A DNA stretch of 64,000 bases, from positions 5,704,001 to 5,768,000 of the forward strand of contig OZ176051.1 of assembly GCA_964247055.1 (NCBI GenBank), given 5' to 3'. Below are positions 11,458 to 24,087 of this stretch, piece by piece (within the stretch, counting starts at the first letter, position 1; the number at the start of each line of letters is the position of its first letter). The notes below the pieces were generated by a model, which was not told where the DNA came from, searched no databases, and saw only the letters and a program-made list of their open reading frames with translations. The position numbers and the translations under genes were made by a program. The DNA is from Paragordius varius. Its lineage: Eukaryota > Animalia > Nematomorpha.

Positions 11458-13413
11458 ATGCCGATTCGCAAGAAGAAAAAACTTAACAATTCGTTAGCTT
11501 TTGCTATTAATTTATTAAAAAATGAAACTGTGGATTCAAACCAAAACAATGAATCAGTTATTGTAAATGATACAGTTATAACAAATGGAACATGTCTTAA
11601 TGGGCATGGCGAGGAATGTGAGGAAAAAGATGTAAAGCATAAATTAACACCTAATAAAATTTTAACTACCCAAGTTCAGACAATATCACTAGGTTTGATT
11701 ATTTGTGATTCTAGTAAATAGTGAAACAATTGATGTCGAAAAATATTTTAATCAACGATACGAATTTTTTCGGCGTTTTGATCAAGGAATTCAGTTAGAC
11801 ACAGGTAAAAAAAGACTCTAAAGTACAGAAAGTTGGTATTCTGTTATTCATGAACGAATAAGTTTTCATATTGCTTCAAGAATCCAAAATGACATTCTAT
11901 TAGATGGCTTTTGTGGGGTTGGTGGATTTTCCATCCATGCAGCCAATTTTTTTCTCTTTAGTATTTATAATTCATTTAATTATTTAGCATTGGCCAATGA
12001 TATTGATTACAACAAGTTGGTTATGGCTAAAAATAATGCTGCCATTTACCAAGTTTCTCCCTACATTGACTTTGTATGCTGTGGTTATTTTGATCTAGTC
12101 AAATGTTTTCGAGTTCCCTTCATAGATGTCGCATTTTTAGATGTTCCTTGGGGTGGTCCCCAATACATTGACAAAGACACTATCGATATATGCTCGAAAG
12201 ACTTATCCCCAATCAACATGAAAAAACTTGTCGAATTAACACGAACCGTCACGCCAAATATGGTTTTAGGCCTGCCTCGAAATTCTACGCTTAGATCGGT
12301 TTTTATTTTAATATCCCTTTAGTTATTGATTAATAATTCTTTGTACTAACCTCATTAACGAGATATTTTGACCTAACGCAGTGCAAAATTTTAATCCATC
12401 TTATATAATTTTATAAATGGTCATATGTACGTCAATTTCTAATAATTAATATGATTTTTAACCGTTTTTGGCGCAGATTTTTTTTTGTAGTTAAATAATA
12501 ATTAATATTGTAACGAATTTAATTAACTATGAGTTTGTTAATTACATGGTTCATTAGAAAAATGACATAGGAATTAAAAATAAACATATGTTTTTTATGG
12601 TCAAAATAGTTGTCAACCCTTTTCTCAATACCTGAATATGGATAAGTTTTTTCCATATTTATTTGCATTAAAATAAACACAATATATCTCAAATTTTAGT
12701 TCCATTAAGGTTTGAATGTATTTGATAGTACCAATTAAATTTCCCATCTTATCCCATAATATAATTCTTTCCGACATCTTAGGCCTTAAAATTCCTTAAT
12801 TTAATATTTTTTGATATCAGAAAGGAAACCGTACAAAATACTATAATGATTTTTGAATCGAGCATTTGGTATATCGAAAATTTTCAAAACATATTTAAAA
12901 AAACAGTATTTTTTAATACAAGCATTAATTGTGACTAAAACGAGGGCTTAAATGTTATATATGATGCTTTTGAAATAAACAATTATGTAATGGCATGGTT
13001 TTTGAAATTCCATGCAATATCTTTCCATTTTTTAAGAATATATATATTTTTTTTGTTTTGATAAAAGTTTTTCATCAAAGACCATAAATTATAAATCTGT
13101 AAAAACCATTTGTAATCATATACATATATATATATATAATTATTTAATTTTATCACAATTTGTTTGATAGATTGGTAGAGTGTGCCATCCCCATACCTTT
13201 GAGGTTGAAAAAAATTATAAAGGAAATGCAATTAAACGAATAACGGTTTACATTGGGGACACGTTATGTCGTAATTTAAATGACGATGCGAATGAATACA
13301 GCAGTAAAACGGCACAATCTCTTCATGAAAATCATGATTCATCAAATCCCACCAAATTTGACATAGATTATGAGGATCCCTTTTTCAAAGAATTAGATTT
13401 ATTACATACATAA
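11458..13413 (+). CDS. TGS1: Trimethylguanosine synthase (divergent)
   Basis: Exons 11458-11692, 11715-11804, 11829-11960, 11988-12298 and 13171-13413 give KYFNQRYEFFRRFDQGIQLDTESWYSV, DGFCGVGG, NDID, PWGGPQY, LPRN and FEVEKNYKGNAIKRITVYIGD, collinear with the TGS1 methyltransferase domain. The 27-nt intron at 11961-11987 is in frame and could be retained. Confidence 0.88.
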
Positions 13414-13468
13414 TAGGTAATTTCGTTAGATTAATAATAAAAAATATTAACAAATGTATGTGCATGTA

Positions 13469-14721
13469 TTATTTATCATCTTCACCACTCTGTTCTTCAT
13501 CGATGGTTTCAGTGACCTTTTTTGAGGTTGGGATTCGAACGTTTTCCAAAAACTTCCATTTAGCATTCTTTTCAATAGTTTGTTTTCTACACATAAATGT
13601 TTGGAAACATTAAATAGTTTGTATATATTGTGTAACTTTATCAATAGTTATTAACAATTAAATATATATATGTTTGTAATAAATTCGGTTATTACTAAAA
13701 TGTTTCGAAGAATATACATTTTACTAAATACTACTATTGCCTTTATATAAAGATTTCAATATAACAAGCGCTTAAAATTGATATTTTGTCAAAAGTATAA
13801 TATCACAGGGGTGTGTAAATTTAAGGTTTTGTCATTTGAAGAAATAATAACCGATCTGACTGAAAAAGGCCATTGGTTAATAAAAAAATTTTATGGCTAT
13901 AAAAGCAATAAATCGAAATAATTTTTAAAATTTCTCAATATATTATTTTCCATTTTATATATATCATATGTAAATGTGTTAGAAATTTTCTGGCTCTTTG
14001 CATGCATTAATATTTTGGAAAATAAAGATTTAGCATAAAAATTTCATGAAAGTGCGTTTGGAAGTATTTGATCAATAAATTTCGTTTATTACACCTTTTC
14101 AGGTATAATATTAATTTTGACAACCATAAGCAGTCAGACCGATTAATATATTTTTAATGGTCAAGAATTAATCGCTATTTAGCATTTGTAAAAATTGTAA
14201 AACTTATCTGTTAAATAAATTATCTTTGAATGTCATATATGAAACCTTGTTTTTAAACCAACCTTATTTAACAAAGATAATCTTTCCAAGCCAAAAAAAC
14301 AGTTTGAAAACCGTAAATAATATTAAAATAGTAGTTTTAATCGTAAATATATAGATTTACAACAAAAAACGGCAAAAGTACTTGCTAATTTCTGAATTTA
14401 AATAATTCCATTTATTCAACCGTTTAATAGTTATTTTATGGGTTTTTATCATGTAATATATATATTATTATTATACAATAATATAAACCACTTACAAAAT
14501 ATTGGGTGTCAATGTTTTTTTATTTCCCGAATTATTGGTGCATTCCAACAAAAAATCTTTTAAAAAGAGCTCAAGAGCACTGGCTAAATTTAAATTAAAA
14601 TTTTACATATAACTACTGGTGCCGTTGATGATACTTTTCCAATGTTTTTATCGGATTGCATAATTTTTTTGATTTTTGAAGGTGGAAATCGGGAATCAAA
14701 TTTTTTCTTTTTTGATGGCAT
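13469..14721 (-). CDS. DRAP1: NC2-alpha histone-fold transcription repressor (106 aa); not in the ORF track
   Basis: Exons 14721-14607, 14583-14496 and 13586-13469 (introns 23 and 909 nt) give [50 protein letters not shown]...[14 protein letters not shown]. Human DRAP1 begins [30 protein letters not shown]. Confidence 0.95.
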
Positions 14722-15243
14722 ATGTTATTATGTGGTAAATTATAACATGTGAGTGGTCACCAAAAATAATATTAATTTAGAAGAGAATTTATAGATAAAA
14801 GATGAATACGAATGCGGCACAATAACAAGATCTTACAAGAGAGATTTGATGAAAATTGAATTTATTGTTTAATAAATGCCAGAATTAATAATATAAATTT
14901 AAAGAAGAAAAAATGTTGATATCAGAGATTCTTTATGGGTGCCAACTGGAATTAATGGTATAAAAAATATAAAGCTTAAAATATCAATTATTAAGTTTTC
15001 AGTATGTTTGCAGACCTATGGCATTATGTTTTAAACCATTTTTATTATTTTATATAACATTGGTGAAATCTCGTGTAATATTCTGCTAAGGGAATATTTT
15101 GGGTTTTTTTTGAGTCTTCTTAAATTATAGCTTTTTGAATGATAAGAAGTTTCGGCGAATTTTTACCGAGCTATAGACCTTAGATATAATAATTATAAAT
15201 ATGCATAAAATTTAGCACTTGCATGCAACATATTCATTTCAGT

Positions 15244-15708
15244 CTTTCGATTCAACTTGGGTTAGTTAGATGCCTGAGGTTTGTTAAAAATTAAATACTA
15301 AAAAAATATGTAAGGAATCATGGCAAAAGTTCGCACTTAATGAACCATATAAAAAAAATTATTCAAAAACACTTGATATTGCTTATTCACCAAAGGTAAT
15401 TTAGCCAGCATGACAGTGTGTAAGCTAAATATAAATGAACCAGTTTATATTAATGTCAAATTTGATAAAAAAAATCAAACCTTATTTTAGCCATAGCATC
15501 ACATAAACACGATATTTTATAGAAAGCTGTAAAATAAAAATGGCGTCAAAGAAGTTTGATATGGATCTTTTTTCAAAACTAAATTTATTTATATTTCGGC
15601 TTATTTATATTTTTATTAGGATAGAAGTAATAAAATTGGGAGCTTTTCTTTCAATAGTTCATTAAACTAAAATATGGGGATTTAGATACCCTAATTTGAA
15701 TCAAAGTG
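15244..15708. mobile_element. TIR element family B, copy 1 (no nested insertion)
   Basis: Degenerate TIRs (ctttcgattcaacttggg... and ...ccctaatttgaatcaaagtg). The interior aligns by eye with 20538-21675, for example tgtaaaataaaaatggcgtc and aggatagaag. Confidence 0.65.
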
Positions 15709-17435
15709 TTAATCCAATATTAAATATATGAATGAATTACTTTAATTTGATTCCATAGAGTAAAAAAACTTTAACATAATCAAAAAGACTATAACCCTAT
15801 TTTATTGTTTGCATTTTTGTGATAATTACAAAAACACAAAATTAGATAACATTATATCAAATCAAAATTTTTTGTAAAAAGCTTAAAGATCTTTCTCAAA
15901 TATTAAGCAAGACTATTTTCTTCCTTGTGAGGCTTGTTTTCAAAAAAAACGCAAAAATCTGGAATAAGAGTTCTAATATAGTTAAGGCTTAAAAGAATTT
16001 AAAATATGAATATTTCGCCGAAAAATTTAATTTTTAGTTAAATTTAAGCGTACTTCATACCTTTTAGTATGAAGACGAAATAAAAACGCTTTAATATAAA
16101 ACAGGGGTTTTTAAAACAAATATATTCGCTGCTGCTTAAAGATTTTTGGCTTTTTTATTTATTCTTAATGCAATTTTGGCTGATATACCTTTCTAAATAA
16201 TCGTAAACTTTTGATTGAAATCCAATTTATTTTTTAACATTTTTTTGAGAATTTCGCATACCGAAAAAAAGCGTGTTAGGCTATAATATGAATAAACTTT
16301 TATACCATGATGCTAAACATCACCTCAGTATTGATTTAAACATGCGTTCATTATTTATGTAGTATAAATGGTTTTTATAAAAAACCTTTCAAGGGAGCAT
16401 ACCAACCATTGAATAATTCTGAGGTCATAGAATCGCTCAACATCGTCAAATTATATACAATAATTATGTATAGCTTAGAGTGTTTTTAATACACTATGCT
16501 TCATACCAAATTGACCAAAATTTGCTAAATATTTTTAAGAATATCCATTTTTTAAAAAAACTTTTTTGATGTTAATATTAGCATATATTTAATTTTTTTT
16601 ATCAAGGAATCTTGGCTCTTTTGCTTTTATTTTAGGAAAGATCTATTTTAGGTCCAAAAAATTAATATTTTCGGCACCCACTAAAAAAATTTATAAAAAT
16701 GTTTGGCTTTTTATATAGTTTATAATTATATTTTAGTGATGTTTTCGGGAATTATTAGGCTTTGACCAAAATATTTTTATTTAACGAAATGTAAAAAAAT
16801 TCCATTTTTTAAGGAGTAGTTACCACAAAAGTGGTAATAATTTTCTTACACAACCCTAAACCAAAAGTTCCATGAAAATAATGGTACATTTTTAATATAT
16901 GCATATCACCAGAGCATAGTCTAATTATAAAATTATAATTTAAATAAGAAATTTTTTACAGTATGATAGTTTGTAATAAGAATTAAACACCTTCCTAATC
17001 CAACTGAGACATTTTGGTGTAAAAATTTAAATAAATGGAATGTTTCCAAAATTGCAATTCCTTATTAAATTTATTTTTACATATAAAAATTATATGTTTT
17101 CCATTTTTTCCAAATAATCAAATATATTTGGCAGATTAATAACGCATTTTAAGTATATTATTGTATAATACGCTCAAAAGCCTAAAGAATGCATATTATT
17201 TAATTTGGCCTAATATAATCTGTAAATAAAATAATCAACTCTTCCAAAAAGTTGTTTTTAAGGTATCGTGAATTTTACTCCTTATTAGGTCACAAAACCA
17301 TTTTGAGAAAAAAATTTAAAAGACAACATCCAAATATATGATATTATATACATTTATAATATTTATTACATTTTAATATTATCAAGTTGACCAATAAATA
17401 TAATTTATTAATTCATTTAAAATATATGTTAAGCA

Positions 17436-18812
17436 TTAATTAATAATCATGTTTTCACGCAATTTCGGACATATTAACAAAAAAAATAATGAATCCACAC
17501 AAGCTTTGGATAACTCCAAGAAATTACCAATAGTCACAAACATATTAAATAGGTTTTGCGAGTATTTGGAAGGGAGTATTTGTTCTATCTGTTTTACCGT
17601 ATAAATTATATTAATGATTGAAAGTGGTACAATACATACGATATGAAGCAAGGCCGCAGTCAGCAGCAAAACAGTCAACCAAAATTCTTCATGAACTATG
17701 GCGGGGATTCTGAACACAGATTTTATTATAGATTTTTTACCATGCTCCTTTCCTGTGATTGAATTATTTTGAGGTTCAGCTATATTGTTATTGTTATTCA
17801 TGTTATTGATTTGTGTGTTATCAATCACGTTTACCGTATTGACAATAGGGGAATGTGGTTTCATAGACATTCCTTGCCCAATGGATGCTCGATAAACAAT
17901 GCTTTCAAAAACTAAAGGATCTATTTTGTTTTTACCAAAACTTTGTGCCAAACCTCTAGAAAGAAAGCTCATGCCAGGTGAGATATTTTCTTTATAGTGA
18001 GATTTTATTAATTTGATTAAGCAATACAAGACTTTAGCAGAGAGTATTATGAGAATCAGGGTAGGGATTTGTGATAAAACAATCTCCCTTATGAAAGAGT
18101 AAATTATATATGGTAGGGTAAAATGTTTTGTTCTGGATCTTTTAAAGGTGCAAACACCTTTACCGAATGCTTTTAAAAAGACTGTTTGATTTCCCCAAAG
18201 AATGGGTGACGTATTTGGACTTTTACCATGGCTGGTAAAATTTTCCGGGATCAAAACGCATGTAGGCTTCACATGATACCATTTACGAATAGGGATGCAC
18301 AATACCAATGTTAACAGTGCCGCTAAAAAGGGACTATGTTTATACCAACAAGATTGTCGCCATTTCAAATAATTATTTGTACAATCAAGGATCATGTACC
18401 GATCTATGGCAAGTAGGAGGATTGTCAGGGCCGAAACACGTGACAAAAAGTTTTTGATGACAAAAGCAATGTGCGATGTGAAATAGACCCAACCAAACGT
18501 ACTGTAAAAATGTAAATCCAAAGCTTCCCCATACTTATCTAGTATGGGATACAGTATAAGAAATATGTTAGCCATCGTGTCCCAGACCGTTGAATACTTC
18601 AAAAATCGATAAGCTTTAACGCGAAATCGTTTGCGGAAAAAAATCCATAGTAATAGGAAATTTGATATGAGCCCAATTACACCAATCACGGGCAATATTA
18701 TGCAAAACAGTATAAATTCCATCTTAGCCATACGAATATTGCTCCATTTAATATGCATTATAACTAAAAATTTTGTTAAAATTAGAAAAAGGATAATTAT
18801 GGATAGGGACAT
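17436..18812 (-). CDS. Intronless class A (rhodopsin-like) GPCR, probably a peptide-receptor type (FMRFamide/SPR-like group)
   Basis: 458-aa ORF with seven hydrophobic segments, TM1 GLISN, TM3 AIDRY, TM6 CIVP and a TM7 FFLLICPKLRE end. The ligand class is a guess. Confidence 0.88.
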   Translation of the reverse strand: MSLSIIILFLILTKFLVIMHIKWSNIRMAKMEFILFCIILPVIGVIGLISNFLLLWIFFRKRFRVKAYRFLKYSTVWDTMANIFLILYPILDKYGEALDLHFYSTFGWVYFTSHIAFVIKNFLSRVSALTILLLAIDRYMILDCTNNYLKWRQSCWYKHSPFLAALLTLVLCIPIRKWYHVKPTCVLIPENFTSHGKSPNTSPILWGNQTVFLKAFGKGVCTFKRSRTKHFTLPYIIYSFIREIVLSQIPTLILIILSAKVLYCLIKLIKSHYKENISPGMSFLSRGLAQSFGKNKIDPLVFESIVYRASIGQGMSMKPHSPIVNTVNVIDNTQINNMNNNNNIAEPQNNSITGKEHGKKSIIKSVFRIPAIVHEEFWLTVLLLTAALLHIVCIVPLSIINIIYTVKQIEQILPSKYSQNLFNMFVTIGNFLELSKACVDSLFFLLICPKLRENMIIN

Positions 18813-20537
18813 TAATTTAAAACAAATTTAATAAAAACTCATTAAGAAAAAATTGTTATGGAAACTAGGATTTTTGACTTGTGATAATTCTTCCTAATTT
18901 TATGAAAAAAGGAAATAATGGCAAAAACATTTACAACTGAATAAAATATTTTATATATAGGAAATTAAATTAAGGTTGATGTATGTATAATGGAACAATT
19001 ATCCAAATGATAAAATTTTTTGGCTTTTTACCTTTTTTATTATTATATTCTTGGAATTCATTAAAACAATTTAATGTCAGAGCTAATAATATCATGCGAA
19101 TTCATTAATTATTAATCAACCAAAACTTAATAACTAGGGATATTAAAATATATTTTACAAATGACAGGATAATTTTTTGATTCGTATGGGTATATCCTCT
19201 TACTAATATTGTACAGATTTTTGAATTTACTTTTTTGTTTAATAAATAAATACGTTTCCTTTTCAATTATTATGCATGTACGTTGAATGATGTTAAAATT
19301 AATTATCCGTTTTACGCCTACGCTTCAATACTCTTTCGAAAACTAAAAAAAATTGGGTATAAAATTTTGAATAGCTTTTAGTATATTTATGAGAGGGCTC
19401 GTTATGATACAGGAATATTAAAGACTAGCCTTCGAAAAAAAACCATTAACACAAAGTATGTTATAACGCACGCAAATGCCAACGTAAATACCAATATCTA
19501 TATATTCCAATAAAATGTAAAATCATGTCCTTAAAACGATTTTTAAAAAATGTGTATGCCAATTCAAAATGGTTATATCTATATATCTGCCGATATAAAT
19601 CGCTATTTTAGCTGCTCTGTTTAGAGTCACCGCCGTAAAAACGGGTTTTATTCTAATAAACTCCATTTTCGATTGAAGAAAGTTTTCAGAAAAGATGCAA
19701 GTCCATTTGAATATAATTTAGGGTAGCTAAGAAATTGGTTAAAAAATCGTTCAAACATTATGTCTTTTAGAAGGGTTTTTTTAATACATTTTCTTTTTGT
19801 GTGCAGTGTTCCTGTTAATAATTAGACTTTATTATTAAGTATTTCTTATCATATCTGATAACTTTACGTTGCATATATTTATTAAATTGTCTAACTTTTT
19901 GAGGCATAGTCTCTGCAAGTAAAACCATTTTCATTAACCACACTTTAGGATTATTTTAATTTTCTACATCTTTTTCTCTCTATTCAAAGTTATCAAAAAC
20001 ACAATGCACAAAAAAAAATCTTGTTAATATGTTTGTTATCTATATAAATGCATCACCCTTACCATGGCGATTTTAGCTTGGAATTAGAAGAAGCTGAACA
20101 TTTATAGCCTAGAATTTGAATTAAGGTTAGGTTGATTTCAATTTTGGGTGATATTTTTCAAAAAACAATGCATATTTAACTTATTATTGATGACGAATTT
20201 TTAAAGCAAAATTCTCAGGTGAATTAAATGTTCAACATTAAGATATATATATTTGTATATATATACTCATTACACCATGCTTCAATATAGCATGAAGTAC
20301 GCTTCGAAATTTCGCTAAAAATTAAACAAAGTATGCATTTTTTTAAAATAAGTATTTTATTTTGATCAATAGTGCAAATATTTAAAAATTTTTTCGCATC
20401 TCAGCATTTTCGCGTTTTTTTGAGTTAACTTGTCCATTTTAGAGGGGAAATAGAGACTTTCACTTATCTAAAAATTTAAATTTTACAAAAAAAAATTTCT
20501 TTTTTTAACACTTTGATACAGCACACTCATTTTAGTC

Positions 20538-21675
20538 CTTCGATTCCAATTGGAGTATTTGGATACCCCAGGCCTGTTTAAAATCAAATACTTTAAGAAG
20601 TATGGAAGGAATCGACACCATGGCAAAATTTTGCACTTATATAACATTAATAAATCGAAATATATAAAAAATTTTATTAAAAAATACTTGTTATTACTTA
20701 TTTTAACCTAAAACCGAAAGGTAAAAATTTCGTCAACGTGACATGTTAAAAAATAATACAAAATAAACCGCTTTTTCTATTTCTATCAATGTTAGATGCA
20801 ATTTATATTAAAAATATGCTTTAGTTTACCCTTAAAATTAAATGAAAACGATATTTTGCAAAAATTTTGTAAAATAAAAATGGCGTCGAAGTAGTTGGAC
20901 ATGGAGCTTTTTTTTCAAAACAAAATTTTATTAAGATGTTTTGGCATATACCATTTGCACTTCAAGAGTGTCCTTGAACAATTCAAGTTGGTCCTTGAAC
21001 ATTTCAAGTTGGTCCTTGAACACTTCAAGTTGGTCCTTAAAATTCATAAATTTTGATTTAACCATGATTTTTGCATTCATTTTTTTTATTTTATTATTTA
21101 ACCTATTTTTCTTTATTTATTATATATTTATTCATTTAAAGATAAAAAATTTTATTGAAAAACCACTTTTTTTGTTTCAAACTATTTTTTTCAATTCAAC
21201 AAAATTATTGATTAAATGTTTTTAATGAAAATTTTTAATTATTAACCCAAAAAACTTATATATTTTTTCATTTCGCGTTAAAATCTTATAAATATCTTAA
21301 ATTATTTTAAAAAATTAATAAAGATATACGGTTTCTCAAAGATTAAAAGCTGATATCGATTTAAAATTTAAAAACAATAAAATAGATTAATTATTTACGA
21401 TTAGATTGATAAAAGTTAAAAACAAAACAAAAAAGTTTAAGGACCAACTTGAAGTGTTCAAGGACCAATTTGAACTGTTCAAGGACCAAATTGAATTGTT
21501 CAAGGACCAACTTGAAGTGTTCAAGGACATTCTTGAAGTGCAAATGGTATATTTATATAATTTTTATCAGGATAGAAGCATAAATTTAAATTGGGACGGT
21601 TTCCTTCAGTAGTTTTTTAAAAATATTAATTTTAATTTAGTCTGGGGTATTTAGATACCCCAATTTGAATCGAAG
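20538..21675. mobile_element. TIR element family B, copy 2, interrupted by a nested MITE
   Basis: 34-bp TIRs at 20538-20571 and 21642-21675 (29/34 identical by manual comparison); the right end is followed by tg-TTAA. Confidence 0.75.
20951..21547. mobile_element. 597-bp MITE/foldback element with CCATTT termini and 21-bp subterminal tandem arrays
   Basis: tata|ccatttgcacttcaaga...tcttgaagtgcaaatgg|tata. The unit gtccttgaacaHttcaagttg occurs three times on the left and about four times, inverted, on the right. Confidence 0.88.
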
Positions 21676-23922
21676 TGTTAATATAGTAAATCGTATAGTT
21701 TACTGATTTTGGAATAAAGCATTTAGATTTTGCCAAAAAAAGTTTATTAGCATAGTATGGGCTAATTTTATGATTTTACGATATCGGGAAATTACCACAT
21801 AAGTGTGGCTAACTTTCTTATATCAATGGTAGGACAAAAAACATTCACTAGGCTAATTGCTTAGGACAACAAACATCTACTAGGCTAATTGCTTTAAAAA
21901 TAAGACCAAAAAAGCAAAACTCATTTGAATGTTGATTCCTAGTACTTTCTATCATAATATATGTAATTAATTGGGATATATTACTAACCCCTCATTTTTC
22001 GCGCACTGCAATGAATTTATTAAGGAATGCGCAGCTTTTTTATATTCCTTTAGAACTACCCATTTAATAGTATTTTGTATTTTACTTACAAAAAATTAAA
22101 ATTTATTTTATTTTTTGGAAAACGCAGAAGTTAGGTTATAACTCATTTTGTCTCTGAATGGGCCGATCATAGTCAAACTACTTTATTGTACAGTCCCATT
22201 ATGCCCCATTTTAAAACAAAGTTTTGAATGATAAATTGAACCTTTATTATAAATGTTAGGTTGAGTTTTTTCATGTTGAATACAAACATTAAATTATCAA
22301 TATAGAATATAGGAAATGGATACAAAATTCAAATTGAGCTAAGCAAAACCACATAGAAATTAATAAGACACTTTGAGTATCTAAATATATCGAGATTTAT
22401 TTTATTTAAACCAGTTTATTAATAAGTTTATTGCTAAAAGTTTACCTACCCAAATCATGCTTCGGCATTTTATACTTATTTTAAGGAAACAGCCCATTTA
22501 GGGGCCCGAAATTGGAGACTTTCGGGGCCCACATTATATTTTATAAAATATTGTGCAATTTAAATATGAAAAATAATATATCATAATGATAATTTTTGGA
22601 CTGAAACATCTCCTTAACACCAAAATGTTTTATTTATACCACAAAAGTGGGAATAGTTTTCTTAAATCACTAAGGCCCGAAACCAAAAGCGTCCTGAAAA
22701 TCCTAATATATTCATTTATCGGGATATATAAATCGATTTTTTATATTGTTTTTAAAAAATGACTAACAAAAGTCCAATTAAGTTCTTTATAACCGTAAAT
22801 TGAGCCAGCTATTTTTTTTTATCAAAAATGAAATTCAAGTTTATTTTAGACAATTATAGTTTTGGAGGCCAGCCGATTGCTTTACTTCATAGATTTTAAA
22901 TAATGATGATAACAGTTTGCATATCAACTTGTACTTTAAACTTAACATTTAAACCTAAAATGTATTCCATTCAAAATTAAATTCCTAATTTTAGTACCAT
23001 AAAAGTATTTATATCAAAACTATTTCATTTATAATAAATATTTGTAAACATTATTAATAATTTAGATTTTCCAATGTTCTTTTATAAAATTTACAATACG
23101 ATTAATCATTGTAAAATAATATTTTTTTGTTAGACTAAAAATTGCATGTTGAGTGATATAGAATGCTTTTTATTGTAGACAATTAAACCTTGATATGATG
23201 ATATTACCATTTTTATAAATTTTAATTTTCTTAAAATGACACACCTGTTATAAATTGCCTGCTTTGAAGAAAATAAAAAATAAATTTATAATCAATTAAT
23301 ACCTTATAAATTAAAATTTGCAATTTTAAGGATTAGAGATGGTTGATTGTGTTAAAAATATATCGAGAAATAGAATTATATGACAGTAACACTTGATTAG
23401 TTTTGAAATCGAAGCGTGCCTCTTGATAGTTAAGGGGATTTTATTAGGTCATTCTGTGTTGGTGAAATCACAATATAAGATATTTTTTATGATGTTATTT
23501 ATACCTGTTGCCTTTAATATAAAAAATTTGAAAATCACTTATGAAATTTAATATGGAAAGATCATCAAGCTTAAATATTTAGGACATTTGTTACTTTTCC
23601 TATATCAAAATATCAATCAACCATAGTGGAAGGGGTTTAAAACTAATACATATATAGTAATGGTTATATTAAAATTATATTATAGTTATGATTTACCAAT
23701 CCTAAAAATATTTTGTTTTGAAATATTATTAAATCTTTTAATCTTTTATTAATATATATAATAAATAATAATTACATATATCTTTTGTCGCATATCTATT
23801 TACCTATCTATTCTACCCCATAGAAATCAATAAAATACATATTAATTAATTTGTCATTTATACCTTTTATCATTCTTACTGGTATATTACACTGAATGCC
23901 ATAAAAAATACTATTATACCAT

Positions 23923-23978
23923 TATAAATACAGCCAAAAAACAGAGGAGAACTCTCTGTGTGTGTCTCTTTGTGGGAA
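23923..23978 (+). promoter_or_regulatory. Candidate TATA box (23923-23930) and CSL/Su(H) consensus site TGTGGGAA (23971-23978) upstream of the INSM gene
   Basis: Exact consensus matches about 110-165 bp before the ATG. Short motifs arise easily in AT-rich DNA. Confidence 0.35.
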
Positions 23979-24087
23979 AATCAATTCCATTAATATTGAT
24001 TGAAATTTATTAGTTTTTTTTTCATACATACCTGTATTGTATATATATTGTCAATCATATCATTTCTCATTACTATAAAAAACTTGA

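Noticed and set aside
14780-15030. Short plus-strand open stretches upstream of DRAP1 (for example RKNVDIRDSLWVPTGING)
   Set aside because: No consistent start, splice structure or recognisable family; more likely UTR or promoter sequence.
19173-19190. FFDSYG hexapeptide, reminiscent of the Polinton/Maverick cysteine protease
   Set aside because: Flanked by stops in all frames, and I could not recover the catalytic His or Cys motifs convincingly.
20960-21545. CRISPR-like regular short repeats
   Set aside because: The units are directly adjacent with no unique spacers, form inverted arms of a transposon, and there are no cas genes. The context is eukaryotic.
20941-21612. ORFs 20941-21225 and 21406-21612 with heptad repeats (SSWSLNx, FKDQLEV) resembling a coiled-coil protein
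   Set aside because: They are translations of the 21-bp subterminal arrays of the MITE.
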